NCBI GenBank assembly: GCA_964016885.1
Contig: OZ024753.1
Location: 35,960,001 to 36,024,000 of the forward strand
From: Eledone cirrhosa
Taxonomy: Eukaryota
Length of the DNA: 64,000 nt
Reading direction: 5' to 3'
Shown: positions 26,501-38,659 of the stretch, piece by piece
Layout: every line of letters starts with the position of its first letter
Numbering within the stretch: position 1 is the first letter of the stretch
Position numbers and translations under genes: made by a program
The notes under the pieces: generated by a model
What the model saw: only the letters and a program-made list of their open reading frames with translations
Databases searched by the model: none
Told to the model about the DNA's origin: nothing

Positions 26501-28484
26501 AGGTGGGCAAAGGAGGAAAGGCATAGACCAGCATATCAACACCAGTACTTTATTGGGAGGTGGGCAAAGGAGGAAAGGAAAAGACCAGCATATCAACACC
26601 AGTACTTCACTGGTACTTTATTGGGAGGTGGGCAAAGGAGGAAAGGCAAAGACCAGCATATCAACACCAGTACTTCACTGGTACTTTATTGGGAGGTGGG
26701 CAAAGGAGGAAAGGCATAGACCAGCATATCAACACCAGTACTTTATTGGGAGGTGGGCAAAGGAGGAAAGGAAAAGACCAGCATATCAACACCAGTACTT
26801 TATTGGGAGGTGGGCAAAGGAGGAAAGGCAAAGACCAGCATATCAACACCAGTACTTTATTGGGAGGTGGGCAAAGGAGGAAAGGCAAAGACCAGCATAT
26901 CAACACCAGTACTTCACTGGTACTTTATTGGGAGGTGGGCAAAGGAGGAAAGGCAAAGACCAGCATATCAACACCAGTACTTTACTGGTACTTTATTGGG
27001 AGGTGGGCAAAGGAGGAAAGGCAAAGACCAGCATATCAACACCAGTACTTTACTGGTACTTTATTGGGAGGTGGGCAAAGGACGAAAGGAAAAGACCAGC
27101 ATATCAACACCAGTACTTTATTGGGAGGTGGGCAAAGGAGGAAAGGCAAAGACCAGCATATCAACACCAGTACTTTATTGGGAGGTGGGCAAAGGAGGAA
27201 AGGCAAAGACCAGCATATCAACACCAGTACTTCACTGGTACTTTATTGGGAGGTGGGCAAAGGAGGAAAGGCAAAGACCAGCATATCAACACCAGTACTT
27301 CACTGGTACTTTATTAGGAGGTGGGCAAAGGAGGAAAGGAAAAGACCAGCATATCAACACCAGTACTTCACTGGTACTTTATTGGGAGGTGGGCAAAGGA
27401 GGAAAGGCAAAGACCAGCATATCAACACCAGTACTTTACTGGTACTTTATTGGGAGGTGGGCAAAGGACGAAAGGAAAAGACCAGCATATCAACACCAGT
27501 ACTTCACTGGTACTTTATTGGGAGGTGGGCAAAGGAGGAAAGGAAAAGACCAGCATATCAACACCAGTACTTTACTGGTACTTTATTGGGAGGTGGGCAA
27601 AGGAGGAAAGGAAAAGACCAGCATATCAACACCAGTACTTCACTGGTACTTTATTGGGAGGTGGGCAAAGGAGGAAAGGAAAAGACCAGCATATCAACAC
27701 CAGTACTTCACTGGTACTTTATTGGGAGGTGGGCAAAGGAGGAAAGGCAAAGACCAGCATATCAACACCAGTACTTCACTGGTACTTTATTGGGAGGTGG
27801 GCAAAGGAGGAAAGGCAAAGACCAGCATATCAACACCAGTACTTCACTGGTACTTTATTGGGAGGTGGGCAAAGGAGGAAAGGCAAAGACCAGCATATCA
27901 ACACCAGTACTTCACTGGTACTTTATTGGGAGGTGGGCAAAGGAGGAAAGGCATAGACCAGCATATCAACACCAGTACTTCACTGGTACTTTATTGGGAG
28001 GTGGGCAAAGGAGGAAAGGCAAAGACCAGCATATCAACACCAGTACTTCACTGGTACTTTATTGGGAGGTGGGCAAAGGAGGAAAGGAAAAGACCAGCAT
28101 ATCAACACCAGTACTTCACTGGTACTTTATTGGGAGGTGGGCAAAGGAGGAAAGGCATAGACCAACATATCAACACTGGTACTTTATTGGGAGGTGGGCA
28201 AAGGAGGAAAGGCAAAGACCAGCATATCAACACCAGTACTTCACTGGTACTTTATTGGGAGGTGGGCAAAGGAGGAAAGGCATAGACCAACATATCAACA
28301 CCAGTACTTTATTGGGAGGTGGGCAAAGGAGGAAAGGAAAAGACCAGCATATCAACACCAGTACTTTATTGGGAGGTGGGCAAAGGAGGAAAGGCATAGA
28401 CCAGCATATCAACACCAGTACTTTATTGGGAGGTGGGCAAAGGAGGAAAGGCATAGACCAACATATCAACACTGGTACTTTATT
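14567..28484. repeat. ~13.9 kb minisatellite of 57-bp and 68-bp units filling one LRP2 intron
   Basis: GGGAGGTGGGCAAAGGAGGAAAGG(CAT/AAA/CAA)AGACCAGCATATCAACACCAGTACT[TCACTGGTACT]TTATT; roughly 230 units estimated from length. Confidence 0.98.
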
Positions 28485-28785
28485 TTGTAAACCCTGAAAG
28501 GATGAAAGGCAAAGATCAGCTGAAAATGGTTACAAGCAATAGTTAGGATGTGATGGCCCGGTGGTTTATCCATAGAAAAGACTTGTAATTCAATGAAACT
28601 GGGATAAGTACCAGCTCAATGAACCTCCAGCTTTAGCGAAACTTAACTTGAAATGACAAACAACTATGATGTGATGGTTTATATTTTAAATCATAAAATC
28701 ATGAGGCGTTTCAAATGGGGTTAGTATTAAAAGAGTTTAAAGTGAAATTAAATGATGTTTCATGAATGAAAAAAAGTTTATTTAC

Positions 28786-28914
28786 CCTGTCTGTGGGTTA
28801 ACTGTTATAGCATAGGGATTTCGAAGCCCATTTTTGATGAGGGTGTGCTTGTATCGTCCATCTTTTGCTGCTACAGAAATTGTGCGCTGTTTTGTGTCAG
28901 TCCAGAAAATGTTC
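28786..28914 (-). CDS. LRP2: LRP2-like exon, propeller (NIFWTD...DGRY...PYAITVNPQTG)
   Basis: aatag| and |gtaaa, 129 bp; hand-translated. Confidence 0.9.
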
Positions 28915-29280
28915 CTATTAGCAAAAGAAGAAAATATAGACTTGATAACATTTGGGGCTAAATTTGTTGAGATTTATTAACAGAATATGTTATGGGAAAA
29001 AACAATGTTTGTGTATGTGCATATATATATATTGGGTTATATTGGAGTTTACCAATATATACCCTGGTAGAAGCTCAATGTAGAAGCTCAATGCTAATCA
29101 GTAACCCAAAAGGCTGAATGATTTTTCAACCTCTGTAGATTACGTCATAGTCTTATGGCACAAACTGACTGGCTGTTATACATTGAAACACAAGTAGAGT
29201 AAAATTATACTATAAGTCTAAATTGGATATTCACTCAATTTATATATATATATATTATAATGAACGAGGAATCATCATCT

Positions 29281-29394
29281 CACATTTATTAACATATCTG
29301 AAGATCCTTCGACTGCAGAGTCAGGTTCGATCTGTAACAGATCTTGCCTCGAGCAGATCAACAGAGAAACATATGTAATATGTTAATAAATGTG
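29281..29394 (+). ncRNA. Type-I hammerhead motif with 17-bp stem I and enlarged stem II
   Basis: CACATTTATTAACATAT-CTGAAGA(29298)-~60 nt-GAAAC-ATAT-GTA(29377)-ATATGTTAATAAATGTG. Confidence 0.75.
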
Positions 29395-29720
29395 ATATGA
29401 TGCAACACTGATTCCTCGTTCTTTATAATATTATACTCTGCTCTGCGCGAGCAACGAATGCTCAACCGGCATACCGCCTACGGACGTATTTACCTTGTAA
29501 CCCTACAACTATATATATATTATAAAATGTTGGGACCCCAACGGCTGAGCTCTTGCCATTTCAGCAGCTAGTTATAGTGTGTGTATACTTAAATTTTGTA
29601 TACACTATAACGTTAATGTTTTCAAAAGTCACAAAATAAATATGGGAAGAAAATAATGATAACTGATGTATATAATGATGTATATGAAGGTGTAGATAAT
29701 GTGTATATAGTGTCATTTAC

Positions 29721-29997
29721 CCTGAAACCCAGTCAACAGAAATACCATTTGGTTCCATAACATCACCAATCTGAAGATCTTGTGGAATTCCAACCTTATC
29801 AAATTTCTGAGAAATGTATGAACGCCTTACAGTTTTACTGATTACATCTGTCCAGTATAGAGTTGACCGTTCTGTGTCAATGGCCAAACCTTGAGATTTC
29901 TGTACGGACAGTAAGGTATCCATGTATTCTTTAACACTTGGATCAAATCGTCGAATGCCACTACCAACAGACATAAAAATGCTGACCTTTCCTTCCT
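29721..29997 (-). CDS. LRP2: LRP2-like exon, last propeller start (LYWTD...PNGISVDWVSG)
   Basis: tatag| and |gtaaa, 277 bp, phase 1-2. Confidence 0.9.
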
Positions 29998-30501
29998 CTA
30001 TAAAAAAAAAAACGAAACAAAAAAATACAAAACAAAACAAAAAGAAACAATATATCAGAAATATTATTTCGTGGCTGCAGCTGCACCTCCGTGCACTATG
30101 CCACTACTCTTAACATAATTCTCAGGGAGAGTCAGAGTCATAACATTGATTTATTGGTACAATTCAATCAACAGTTTCCACACAATTTCTCTCTATCCAG
30201 TTTCCCCCATAAAGTTTGCGTTGGGTTGATACCACAGTATTTTACAGATGTCTCCTCTTAATATAATTCTCAGGGAGACTCAGCATGACGCAGTGTGTGA
30301 CAAGGCTGGCCATCCTGGTTTACAGGTATAGCCCATTTGATAGACTCCCATACATTTTCCATTTACACAATAATTTCACTTACAAAGCTTGGGTAAACTT
30401 GAAGCTCTGGTAAATGGCATTCCCTCAAAAAGTCAGACATTGGGATTAAACCTGGAACCTCATGGCTGAATCTATTTAAAAGAGGAACGTTACCGACCAC
30501 G

Positions 30502-30797
30502 AGGGGAGGCAACTGTGTTCAAGAGGAAGATTAGCAGTTACAAGGGGAGGCAACTGTGTTCAAGAGGAAGATTAGCAGTCACAAGGGGAGGCAACTGTAT
30601 TCAAAAGGAACATTAGCAGTCACAAGGGGAGGCAACTGTATTCAAGAGGAACATTAGCAGTCACAAGGGGAGGCAACTGTATTCAAGAGGAACATTATCA
30701 GTTACAAGGGGAGGCAACTGTATTCAAAAGGAACATTAGCAGTCACAAGAGGAGGCAACTGTATTCAAGAGGAACATTAGCAGTCTCAAGGGGAGGT
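30502..30797. repeat. 41-bp minisatellite, about 7 units
   Basis: AGGGGAGGCAACTGT.TTCAAGAGGAA.ATTAGCAGTCACA. Confidence 0.9.
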
Positions 30798-30879
30798 AAT
30801 AGGGCACAATTATTTCTTCTAGAGCATCATCCCATCTCCTCCAAAATACAGATATAATAATATACTTATTTGTACTTAC

Positions 30880-31014
30880 TTGTATATTTACATTTGTAAT
30901 TGCCTGATGAAGGGCTTGCAAAACCTTCCAGGCATGGACACACAAAGGAACCTTTTGTGTTGTTGCATATCTGTGGGCATTTGTTATTTTTCCACTGTCC
31001 ACATTCATCAATAT
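30880..31014 (-). CDS. LRP2: LRP2-like exon, calcium-binding EGF (DIDECGQW...CNNTKGSFVCPC)
   Basis: tacag| and |gtaag, 135 bp. Confidence 0.9.
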
Positions 31015-31237
31015 CTGTAAAACAAATTTGATGAGTTGTAGTGCACCTGAGCACTGTACACAATAATTTCATTATTATTATTATCTTAGCTCTTCCCCAC
31101 TAATATTTTTCATACATGAAAGATGGTAGAAAAGTAGAAGACCCTGATAGTCAGCTAAATATGTTTTCTTGGTTTTAGACGAGTAATTTTCAAACACTTT
31201 TTTCATGATATAAATCCAAAATATTAATGAGAGACGC

Positions 31238-31332
<95 letters not shown>

Positions 31333-31619
31333 CTAGATATAAATTCTTTATAATTATCTCCAATTCATTTGTCGAGCAATATTGGCCATAACTGCTGCTA
31401 TAGTAGTAGGCAGGCCGCTGTCTTATTAACAACTCACTTTCCACTGATTGACCTCGATGTCACGTGATTGATTCTTTTTGAATTTGCCACAGACGTAGAG
31501 GCAGTGATTTTCTCAATGGCTAGGATTTCAGTTCACGCTTCGCTATTTCCTTTCCACTGAATTATTTTTTAATAAGTTTCCAGAGTCCTCGCTTTGCCTG
31601 GAAACTTACATGAAAATAG

Positions 31620-31701
31620 ACTTTCCTGACGACGGAATGCTTTTCTATATATTCTTCGGAAAATATATTTACTCCATTCCAGAAACTAATTAGTTGGAAG
31701 T
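31620..31701 (+). ncRNA. Type-I hammerhead motif
   Basis: ACTTTC-CTGACGA-GGAATG...CATTCC-GAAAC-TAATTA-GTT-GGAAGT. Confidence 0.6.
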
Positions 31702-31765
31702 GATATTTTAGTAAGTAAGTCAATTTTATAATTTTTTTATAATTTTATAATTTTCTTATCTTACG

Positions 31766-31812
<47 letters not shown>

Positions 31813-31826
31813 ATTATTATTATATT

Positions 31827-32940
31827 GGCAGAGTGGGTATAGCTTCAGAGAATATGCTTTGCAGCATAGAGTTACAACCCTTTACGTTCTGAGTTCAAAT
31901 GACACTGAGGTCAGCTTTGCATTTCATCCTTACAGGTCGATAAAATAAAGTACCAGTAATGCACTGGGATCGATTTAATCTATTTTCTCCCTCCCCCACA
32001 AAATTGTTGGCCTTCCTTGTGCGTATAGTAGAAATCATTATCATTGATAGGATGGTGGGTTGGCAGTATCTGTAGAGGGTCGGACGCCATGCTCTGCAGC
32101 ATAGAGTTACGGCCCTTTATGATCTGAGTTCAAATATCGCTGAGGTTAACTTTGTCTTTCATCCTTTCGGGGGTGATAAAAGTCAAGCACTGGGGTTGAT
32201 TTAATCGACTTTCGACTCCCCCAAAATTGCTGGCCTTGTGCCTATATAAGAAACCATTATTATTATCATTGGCAGTATCTGTAGAGGGTCGGACGCCATG
32301 CTTTGCAGCATAGAGTTACGGCCCTTTATGATCTGAGTTCAAATCTCGCTGAGGTTAACTTTGCCTTTCATTTTACAGCGTCGATAAAATAAAGTACCAG
32401 TAATACACTGGGATAATTGCTGGCCTTGTGCCAAAAAGTAAAAACAATTATTATCATTGGCAGTATCGGTAGAGGGTCGGATGCCATGCTGTTTGCAGCA
32501 TAGAGTTACGGCCCTTTATGATTTCAGTTCAAATCCCGCTGAGGTTAACTTTGCCTTTCATCCTTTCGGGGTCGATAAAATAAAGTACCAGTAATGTACT
32601 GGAATAATTGCTGGCCTTGTGCCAAAAATAGAACAAATTATTATCATTGATAGGATAGTGGATTAGCAGTATCGGTAGGGTGGTGGATTGGCAGAACCAT
32701 TACAGCATTGAACATATGCTTTATGTTATTTGTTAGGCCTTTTCCTACCAAGATCACCTTTTATCCTTCTCAGAGCAACAGTTCAAATCCCATCGAGGTC
32801 AACTTGGCTTTTAATTCTTCCAGAGTTGATTTAAATAATGTACCAATCAAGTACTAGGTTTGATTTAATCAACTTTACCCCCACCCCCTCTAAATTTACT
32901 GGCTTTGAGTCTGGTCTAAAATCAGAAATCATCATTATTA
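31827..32940 (+). mobile_element. Head-to-tail cluster of about 5 SINE family 1 copies
   Basis: Repeated TTGGCAG...GTTCAAATC...CTTTCATCC...GGCCTTGTGCC units of about 190-250 bp. Confidence 0.85.
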
Positions 32941-33043
32941 TTACTCTGATTATCAATGCAAGCTTTATGTTAGTTAAAATCATGGCTACAAATCTGTAAG
33001 TTTATAAAACTATAACCAAATAAAATGGTTCCTTTCTACGTAC

Positions 33044-33184
33044 CAACACATTCTTTTTTATTGCCGTCTTTCATTTGGAATCCTTCCTTACAAGAACATA
33101 TCAAGCCTCCTTCTTCCAGATCCTTACAATTCTGGGGACATCCACCATTTTCAATGCTGCAGTTGACAGCACCAAGATGTTTTT
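33044..33184 (-). CDS. LRP2: LRP2-like exon, EGF (CSIENGGCPQNC...CSCKEGF...EC)
   Basis: tccag| and |gtacg, 141 bp; hand-translated. Confidence 0.88.
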
Positions 33185-33254
33185 CTGGAGAACATTAATA
33201 ATACCTAATGTATAGTATTTTTCTTAAGATTGATCCTGTTATATATATATATGT

Positions 33255-33415
33255 AAAAGGTAAACAGAAATAACAACATGATCGGTATATGGAAAGAATA
33301 TATTAGTTTAACGCTTGAAATAGCAGAAAGAGGGGTTTAAATGTTTCAGATGCTAGTCTTTCATCAGAAGAAAGAATGATAAATTAGAAAGATTGAAGTG
33401 ACGGGCAGGGAGGAA
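33255..33415 (-). mobile_element. Solo Penelope-like pLTR fragment
   Basis: Clear similarity to 61026-61180, including CTGATGA...GAAAC on the minus strand. Confidence 0.75.
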
Positions 33416-34281
33416 TTGGAAAAAATGTTTTAGAGAAAAATAACAGGTCCATTTATATTGCCATCTCTTAACAGAATGGGCGTAGAAATTAAATAATGAA
33501 TTTAAGTGTTATTAACCTTGGGCTTTTGTCGCTTTGAGTATATATATATATATATATATATATATCATCATCATCATCCTTCCATGCTAGCATGTGTTAG
33601 TCGGGTTTGTCCCACTTGAGGCAAGATTGGTCAGGTGACTGCATCTCGCTCGTATAGAACTGTTTCTGACAGGTTTTCTATGGCTGGATGCCCTTCCTAA
33701 TGCCAACCACATTTACAGTGTGGATTGGCAGCCTTTTTACTGTGTCTCCTACATGACCACTTTACAGTGTGGACTGGGAGCCTTTTTACTGTGTCTCCTA
33801 CAGTGTGGACTGGGAGCCTTTGTGTGTGTGTGTGTGTGAGTGGGGGATGCCCGGTACTAAAATTCTGAAACACTAATGCCTGATGTTCTATTAACATGGC
33901 TATTGAGGCAACAGGGACAGAAATGTAGCTTAAGGTACCATAGCATGATTTATGTTTGATTTTTGGACACAGACATACAGTATATGCTTTCATATATCTC
34001 TATTATGAATTACACTGTGTTGGTGCTACTGTTAAGTAATACCAGACCTTCTAGCCAACACTATGCAAATTAGTGCCCCAGCATGGCAGCAGTCTAAAAA
34101 CTGAAACCAGTAAATGAATACAAGAATATATATTCTGGTAGAAAAAGGGGCTCGGCTTATCCTGGGGGGAGAGGGGGGGGGGGGTTCAATATTTTGATGA
34201 TTTTCATCAACTTCAATTTCTACATAAATGAGGTTTGGATTTTTGCCCATTTCTCAGACATAAAATAGTGGGGTCAGCTTA

Positions 34282-34713
34282 TATTTGTATTGGCTTATAT
34301 CCAAGTATATACAATAAGATTTGTATTGGCTTATATCCAAGTATATACAATAAGATTTGTATTGGCTTATATCCAAGTATATACAATAAGATTTGTATTG
34401 GCTTATATCCAAGTATATACAATAAGATTTGTATTGGCTTATATCAAAGTATATACAATAAGATTTGTATTGGCTTATATCCAAGTATATACAATAAGAT
34501 TTGTATTGGCTTATATCCAAGTATATACAATAAGATTTGTATTGGCTTATATCCAAGTATATACAGTAAGATTTGTATTGGCTTATATCCAAGTATATAC
34601 AATAAGATTTGTATTGGCTTATATCCAAGTATATACAGTAAGATTTGTATTGGCTTATATCCAAGTATATACAATAAGATTTGTATTGGCTTATATCAAA
34701 GTATATACAGTAA
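34282..34713. repeat. 36-bp minisatellite, about 12 units
   Basis: ATTTGTATTGGCTTATATCCAAGTATATACAATAAG. Confidence 0.95.
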
Positions 34714-34763
34714 GTGTTTCTTCTCATACAGGGTTTGGTGGTGATGACAAGAGTATTACTTAC

Positions 34764-34889
34764 GGCATCCTTTTTCATCAGATTCATCATCACAGTCAGC
34801 TATTTCATTGCACACTTTGAAGGAATCAATACACTGTGGGATGGTGCACTTAAACTGATCCGCTGTACACTGGACAGATTGTGGGTGAC
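34764..34889 (-). CDS. LRP2: LRP2-like exon, last LDLa (CTADQFKC...DCDDESDEKGC)
   Basis: ttcag| and |gtaag, 126 bp. Confidence 0.9.
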
Positions 34890-35610
34890 CTGAAGAAAAA
34901 CAAAACAGGTAATTTAATGAATAACAACTGCATTTTATAAACACACACATACATATATACATATATATTCATATATATAAATTAACTCGAATATCGAGTT
35001 TGAGACAAGTGTATTAGAATTTGTAGGAAAATAGGAAAAAACTCAGTACAAGGAAACTTAATACAGCAAAATGCTGTCAATGATGGCACCGGGTAAAATT
35101 TACCTCAAAGGATAGAAATCAATGGCTAGAAGTGAGTCGGTTCGAAGAAGTGATAGGAAGAAAGGAGAGAGAAATAAAATGGACGAGAAGAGATCGCAAA
35201 CATTTAAATGCACTCATCAGCTTTGAGAATGCCTGTGGTTTTGACAATTTAACTCAAAGTACTGCGTAAGATAGATGGCTCGTAACAATGGAGAAATAAA
35301 TATCTCTGTTGGTATAATATTTGTGTTAGGAGTGAATAGATTAGATAGGTCAGAGAGAGAGAAATAAAGTATGTCTACTAAGCCTCAAGTCATCGTGAAA
35401 AAGGAAGAACAATAGCTCTGTAAGCAGAAGTGATGAGTAGGAGAAGAGAGATGTAAAGAAAAGAATGTACTGGGTGTATTTTATCAAGGCCCTATTTTGT
35501 CTAATCCTTCACAGGAACTACAAACCAGTCTATCTACATTGAGATCATTGTGAAAGATTAGGGAAGGTGGGTTAGTGTGGATGGTGGATTAATAATGAAA
35601 TCCAACTTAC

Positions 35611-35815
35611 ACATCTCATGAGTATTTTCATCAGAACTATCCCCACAGTCATCTTGTCCATTGCAGGTTCTCCCTCTCCAGATACATATTAAATTGTCAC
35701 ATCTGAAATGGGTGTCTTCAGAACAGTCAATTTCAAGGCATATCCGCTGTGTTTCATCTGAATTGTCTCGACAATCATTGTCACCATCACACATCCAAAA
35801 TTTATAAATACAGAC
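35611..35815 (-). CDS. LRP2: LRP2-like exon, LDLa half plus LDLa
   Basis: ataag| and |gtaag, 205 bp, phase 0-1; CDGDNDCRDNSDE and DCGDSSDE. Confidence 0.88.
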
Positions 35816-35849
35816 CTTATTGAAAAGATGAAAGTTTATATATATATAT

Positions 35850-37982
35850 ATAAGAAGGTAGCTTGAAAGTGTCACTACGAAAGGCTACTAAATGAGGAGA
35901 ATAAATGGGAGAAAGACAGTCTCCCCCACATCGATCCAATAGAGGGACCAGCAGTGTTAGTCGAAGGTAGTATAATAAGGCAATCAAAGATATGAAGACG
36001 GGTAAGGAGGCTGGGCGTTCGGAAATAGTTGCTGAAATGCTGAAAGCTTCTGGAATGGTGGGACACACCATGGTCACCCGGATAGTAAACCAAGTCATAC
36101 AGAATGGGGTTGTTCCGAAGAACTGGTATAGCAGCATCATCATTAACTGCTACAAGGGTAAAGGAGATGCTATAGAGGCATTAAATTAATCGACCAGGTC
36201 ATGAAGGTCACAGAAAAAGTAATAGCGCAACTAATCAGAGAGAGAATTGATCTAGATGAAATGCAGTTCGGGTTTGTGTCAGGTAAAAGTACCACAGACG
36301 CTCTTTTCATTGTACGACAACTACAGGAGAAGTACCTAGCTAAAAGTAAACCCCTATACTTAGCTTTTGTCGACTTGGAGAAAGCCTTCGACAGAGTTCC
36401 TCGTTCCATTATCTGGTGGGCTCTTAGAAAACTAGGTGTTGATGAATGGCTTGTGAGAGCTATACAAGCCATGTATAAAGAAACAGTCAGCAAGGTTAGA
36501 ATTAACAACGAATATAGTGAAGAATTTAGCGTAAAAGTTGGTGTTCATCAGGGCTCCGTTCTTAGCCCCCTACTATTTATTATTGCACTTCAGGCTATAA
36601 CAGTGGAGTTCAAGACCGGCTGCCCATGGGAACTCCTATACGCAGATGATCTAATGCTCATAGCTGAATCAATGGCCGAACTAGAGAAGAAATTCCAAAC
36701 ATGGAAGCATGGCCTAGAATCAAAAGGCCTCAAAATTAACCTGTCTAAGACTAAAGTTCTAGTTTGTAGGAAGGAAAATAGGGCACCGGTCCCATCCGGG
36801 AAATGGCCATGCTCAGTGTGTAGGAAAGGAGTAGGTAGAAACTCCATTTTATGTCCCAAATGCAAAGTATGGGTGCATAAAAGATGTAGTGCGATCACAG
36901 GTAAGCTAACTAAGAACATAGATTTTATATGTGGCCGGTGCTCTGGTGCAATAAGTAGCAGCAAGTGCCCACAGAATACTAGCTCATTCCATTGCACAGA
37001 TGGTTCTATAGAAATAGTGGATACCTTCCGTTACTTGGGTGACAAAAACAGCAGTGGTGGAGGGTGCTCTGAAAGTACAGTAGCTAGAGACAGAACTGGA
37101 TGTAAAAAGTTCAGAGAGCTTATACCACTATTAGCCGCTAAAGGGTTCTCTCTAAAAATGAAAGGCGGGCTGTATGATGCTTGCATACAAACAGCAATGT
37201 TACATGACAGTGAGACCTGGGCATTGTGTGCAGAGGATATACGCAGACTGGAGAGGAACGAAGCTTGCATGCTCCGCTGTATGTGTAATAGTAATATACA
37301 TGAACGGCAAAGCATAAACAAACTAAGGGAAAAATTAGAAATAAGAGGGATCAGATGTTGTTTACTCGAGAGAAGACTACGTTGGTATGGTCACGTGATG
37401 CGCATGAAAGATGACAGCTGTATAAAAAAGTGCAGGGCAATAAAAATAGACGGTAGCCACGGAGTAGGCAGACCCAGAAAAACCTGGGACGACCTGATAA
37501 ATTCCGACCTCACACACTTACACCTCTCCAAGACAATGTCACTGGACCAGATATTTGGTGCTACACAGTAATACAGAAGACCCGCCTTACCTAAGTACAA
37601 AGTGAAACCTACTACAGTCAGTAGGCACCTCTAACAAATACACCCCGTCCCACCACCTCCACCCCATCCACACCGCCCCTTTCAATGTAAAGTCATGTTG
37701 GTACCACAACATCCTGTCCAAAACAAATGAGGTCGTGTAGGTGTCACGACAAAAAAACACACAGTCCACGCTGTAATGTGGCCGTGTAGGTAACACGGTA
37801 AAAACCTCCCAGTCCACACTGTAAACGTAGTTGGTGTTAGGAAGGGCATCCAGCCGTAGAAAACCCGCCAGACAGTCCTATGCGAGCAAGACAACCAATC
37901 TTGCCTCAAGTGGGACAATTCCCGTCCAGACCCATGGTAGCGTGGAAGAGGGACGTTAAACGATGATGATGATGATGATGAT
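35850..37982 (+). mobile_element. 5'-truncated RTE LINE, subfamily A (RT, PHD-like insert, 3'UTR, (GAT)n)
   Basis: 456-aa ORF with FVDLEKAFD, QGSVLSP, YADD; frameshifts near 36170; GAT tail. Confidence 0.93.
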
Positions 37983-38035
37983 ATTCTGTCCCACCCTTGC
38001 AAGCAGGGAAAACGGACGTAAAATGATGATGATGA

Positions 38036-38114
<79 letters not shown>

Positions 38115-38283
38115 TATATATATATATATTCACACACATATATATATATACACATATATATATATATATAAATATATACACATATATATATATATAAATA
38201 TATACACATATATATATATATATATACACATATATATATATATATAAATATATACACATATATATATATATAAATATATACAC

Positions 38284-38340
<57 letters not shown>

Positions 38341-38392
38341 TATATATACACATATATATATATATATATATACACATATATATATATACACA

Positions 38393-38424
<32 letters not shown>

Positions 38425-38481
38425 CACACACACATATATATATATATACACACATATATATATATATACACATATATATAT

Positions 38482-38536
<55 letters not shown>

Positions 38537-38659
38537 TATATATATATACACATATATATATATATATACACATATATATATACACACACATCTATATATA
38601 TATATATATATACATACATACACACACAAACACACACATATATATATATATTTATATAC

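Noticed and set aside
14567-28484. CRISPR-like array
   Set aside because: Units are contiguous and near-identical with no unique spacers, there are no cas genes, and the context is a eukaryotic intron.
14484-28497. Long repetitive ORFs (up to 798 aa) on both strands
   Set aside because: By-product of a 57-bp (3n) unit with stop-free frames; frames shift at every 68-bp unit.
35195-35228. CTGATGA plus hairpin on the minus strand as a hammerhead
   Set aside because: No GAAA, stem III or stem I follows.
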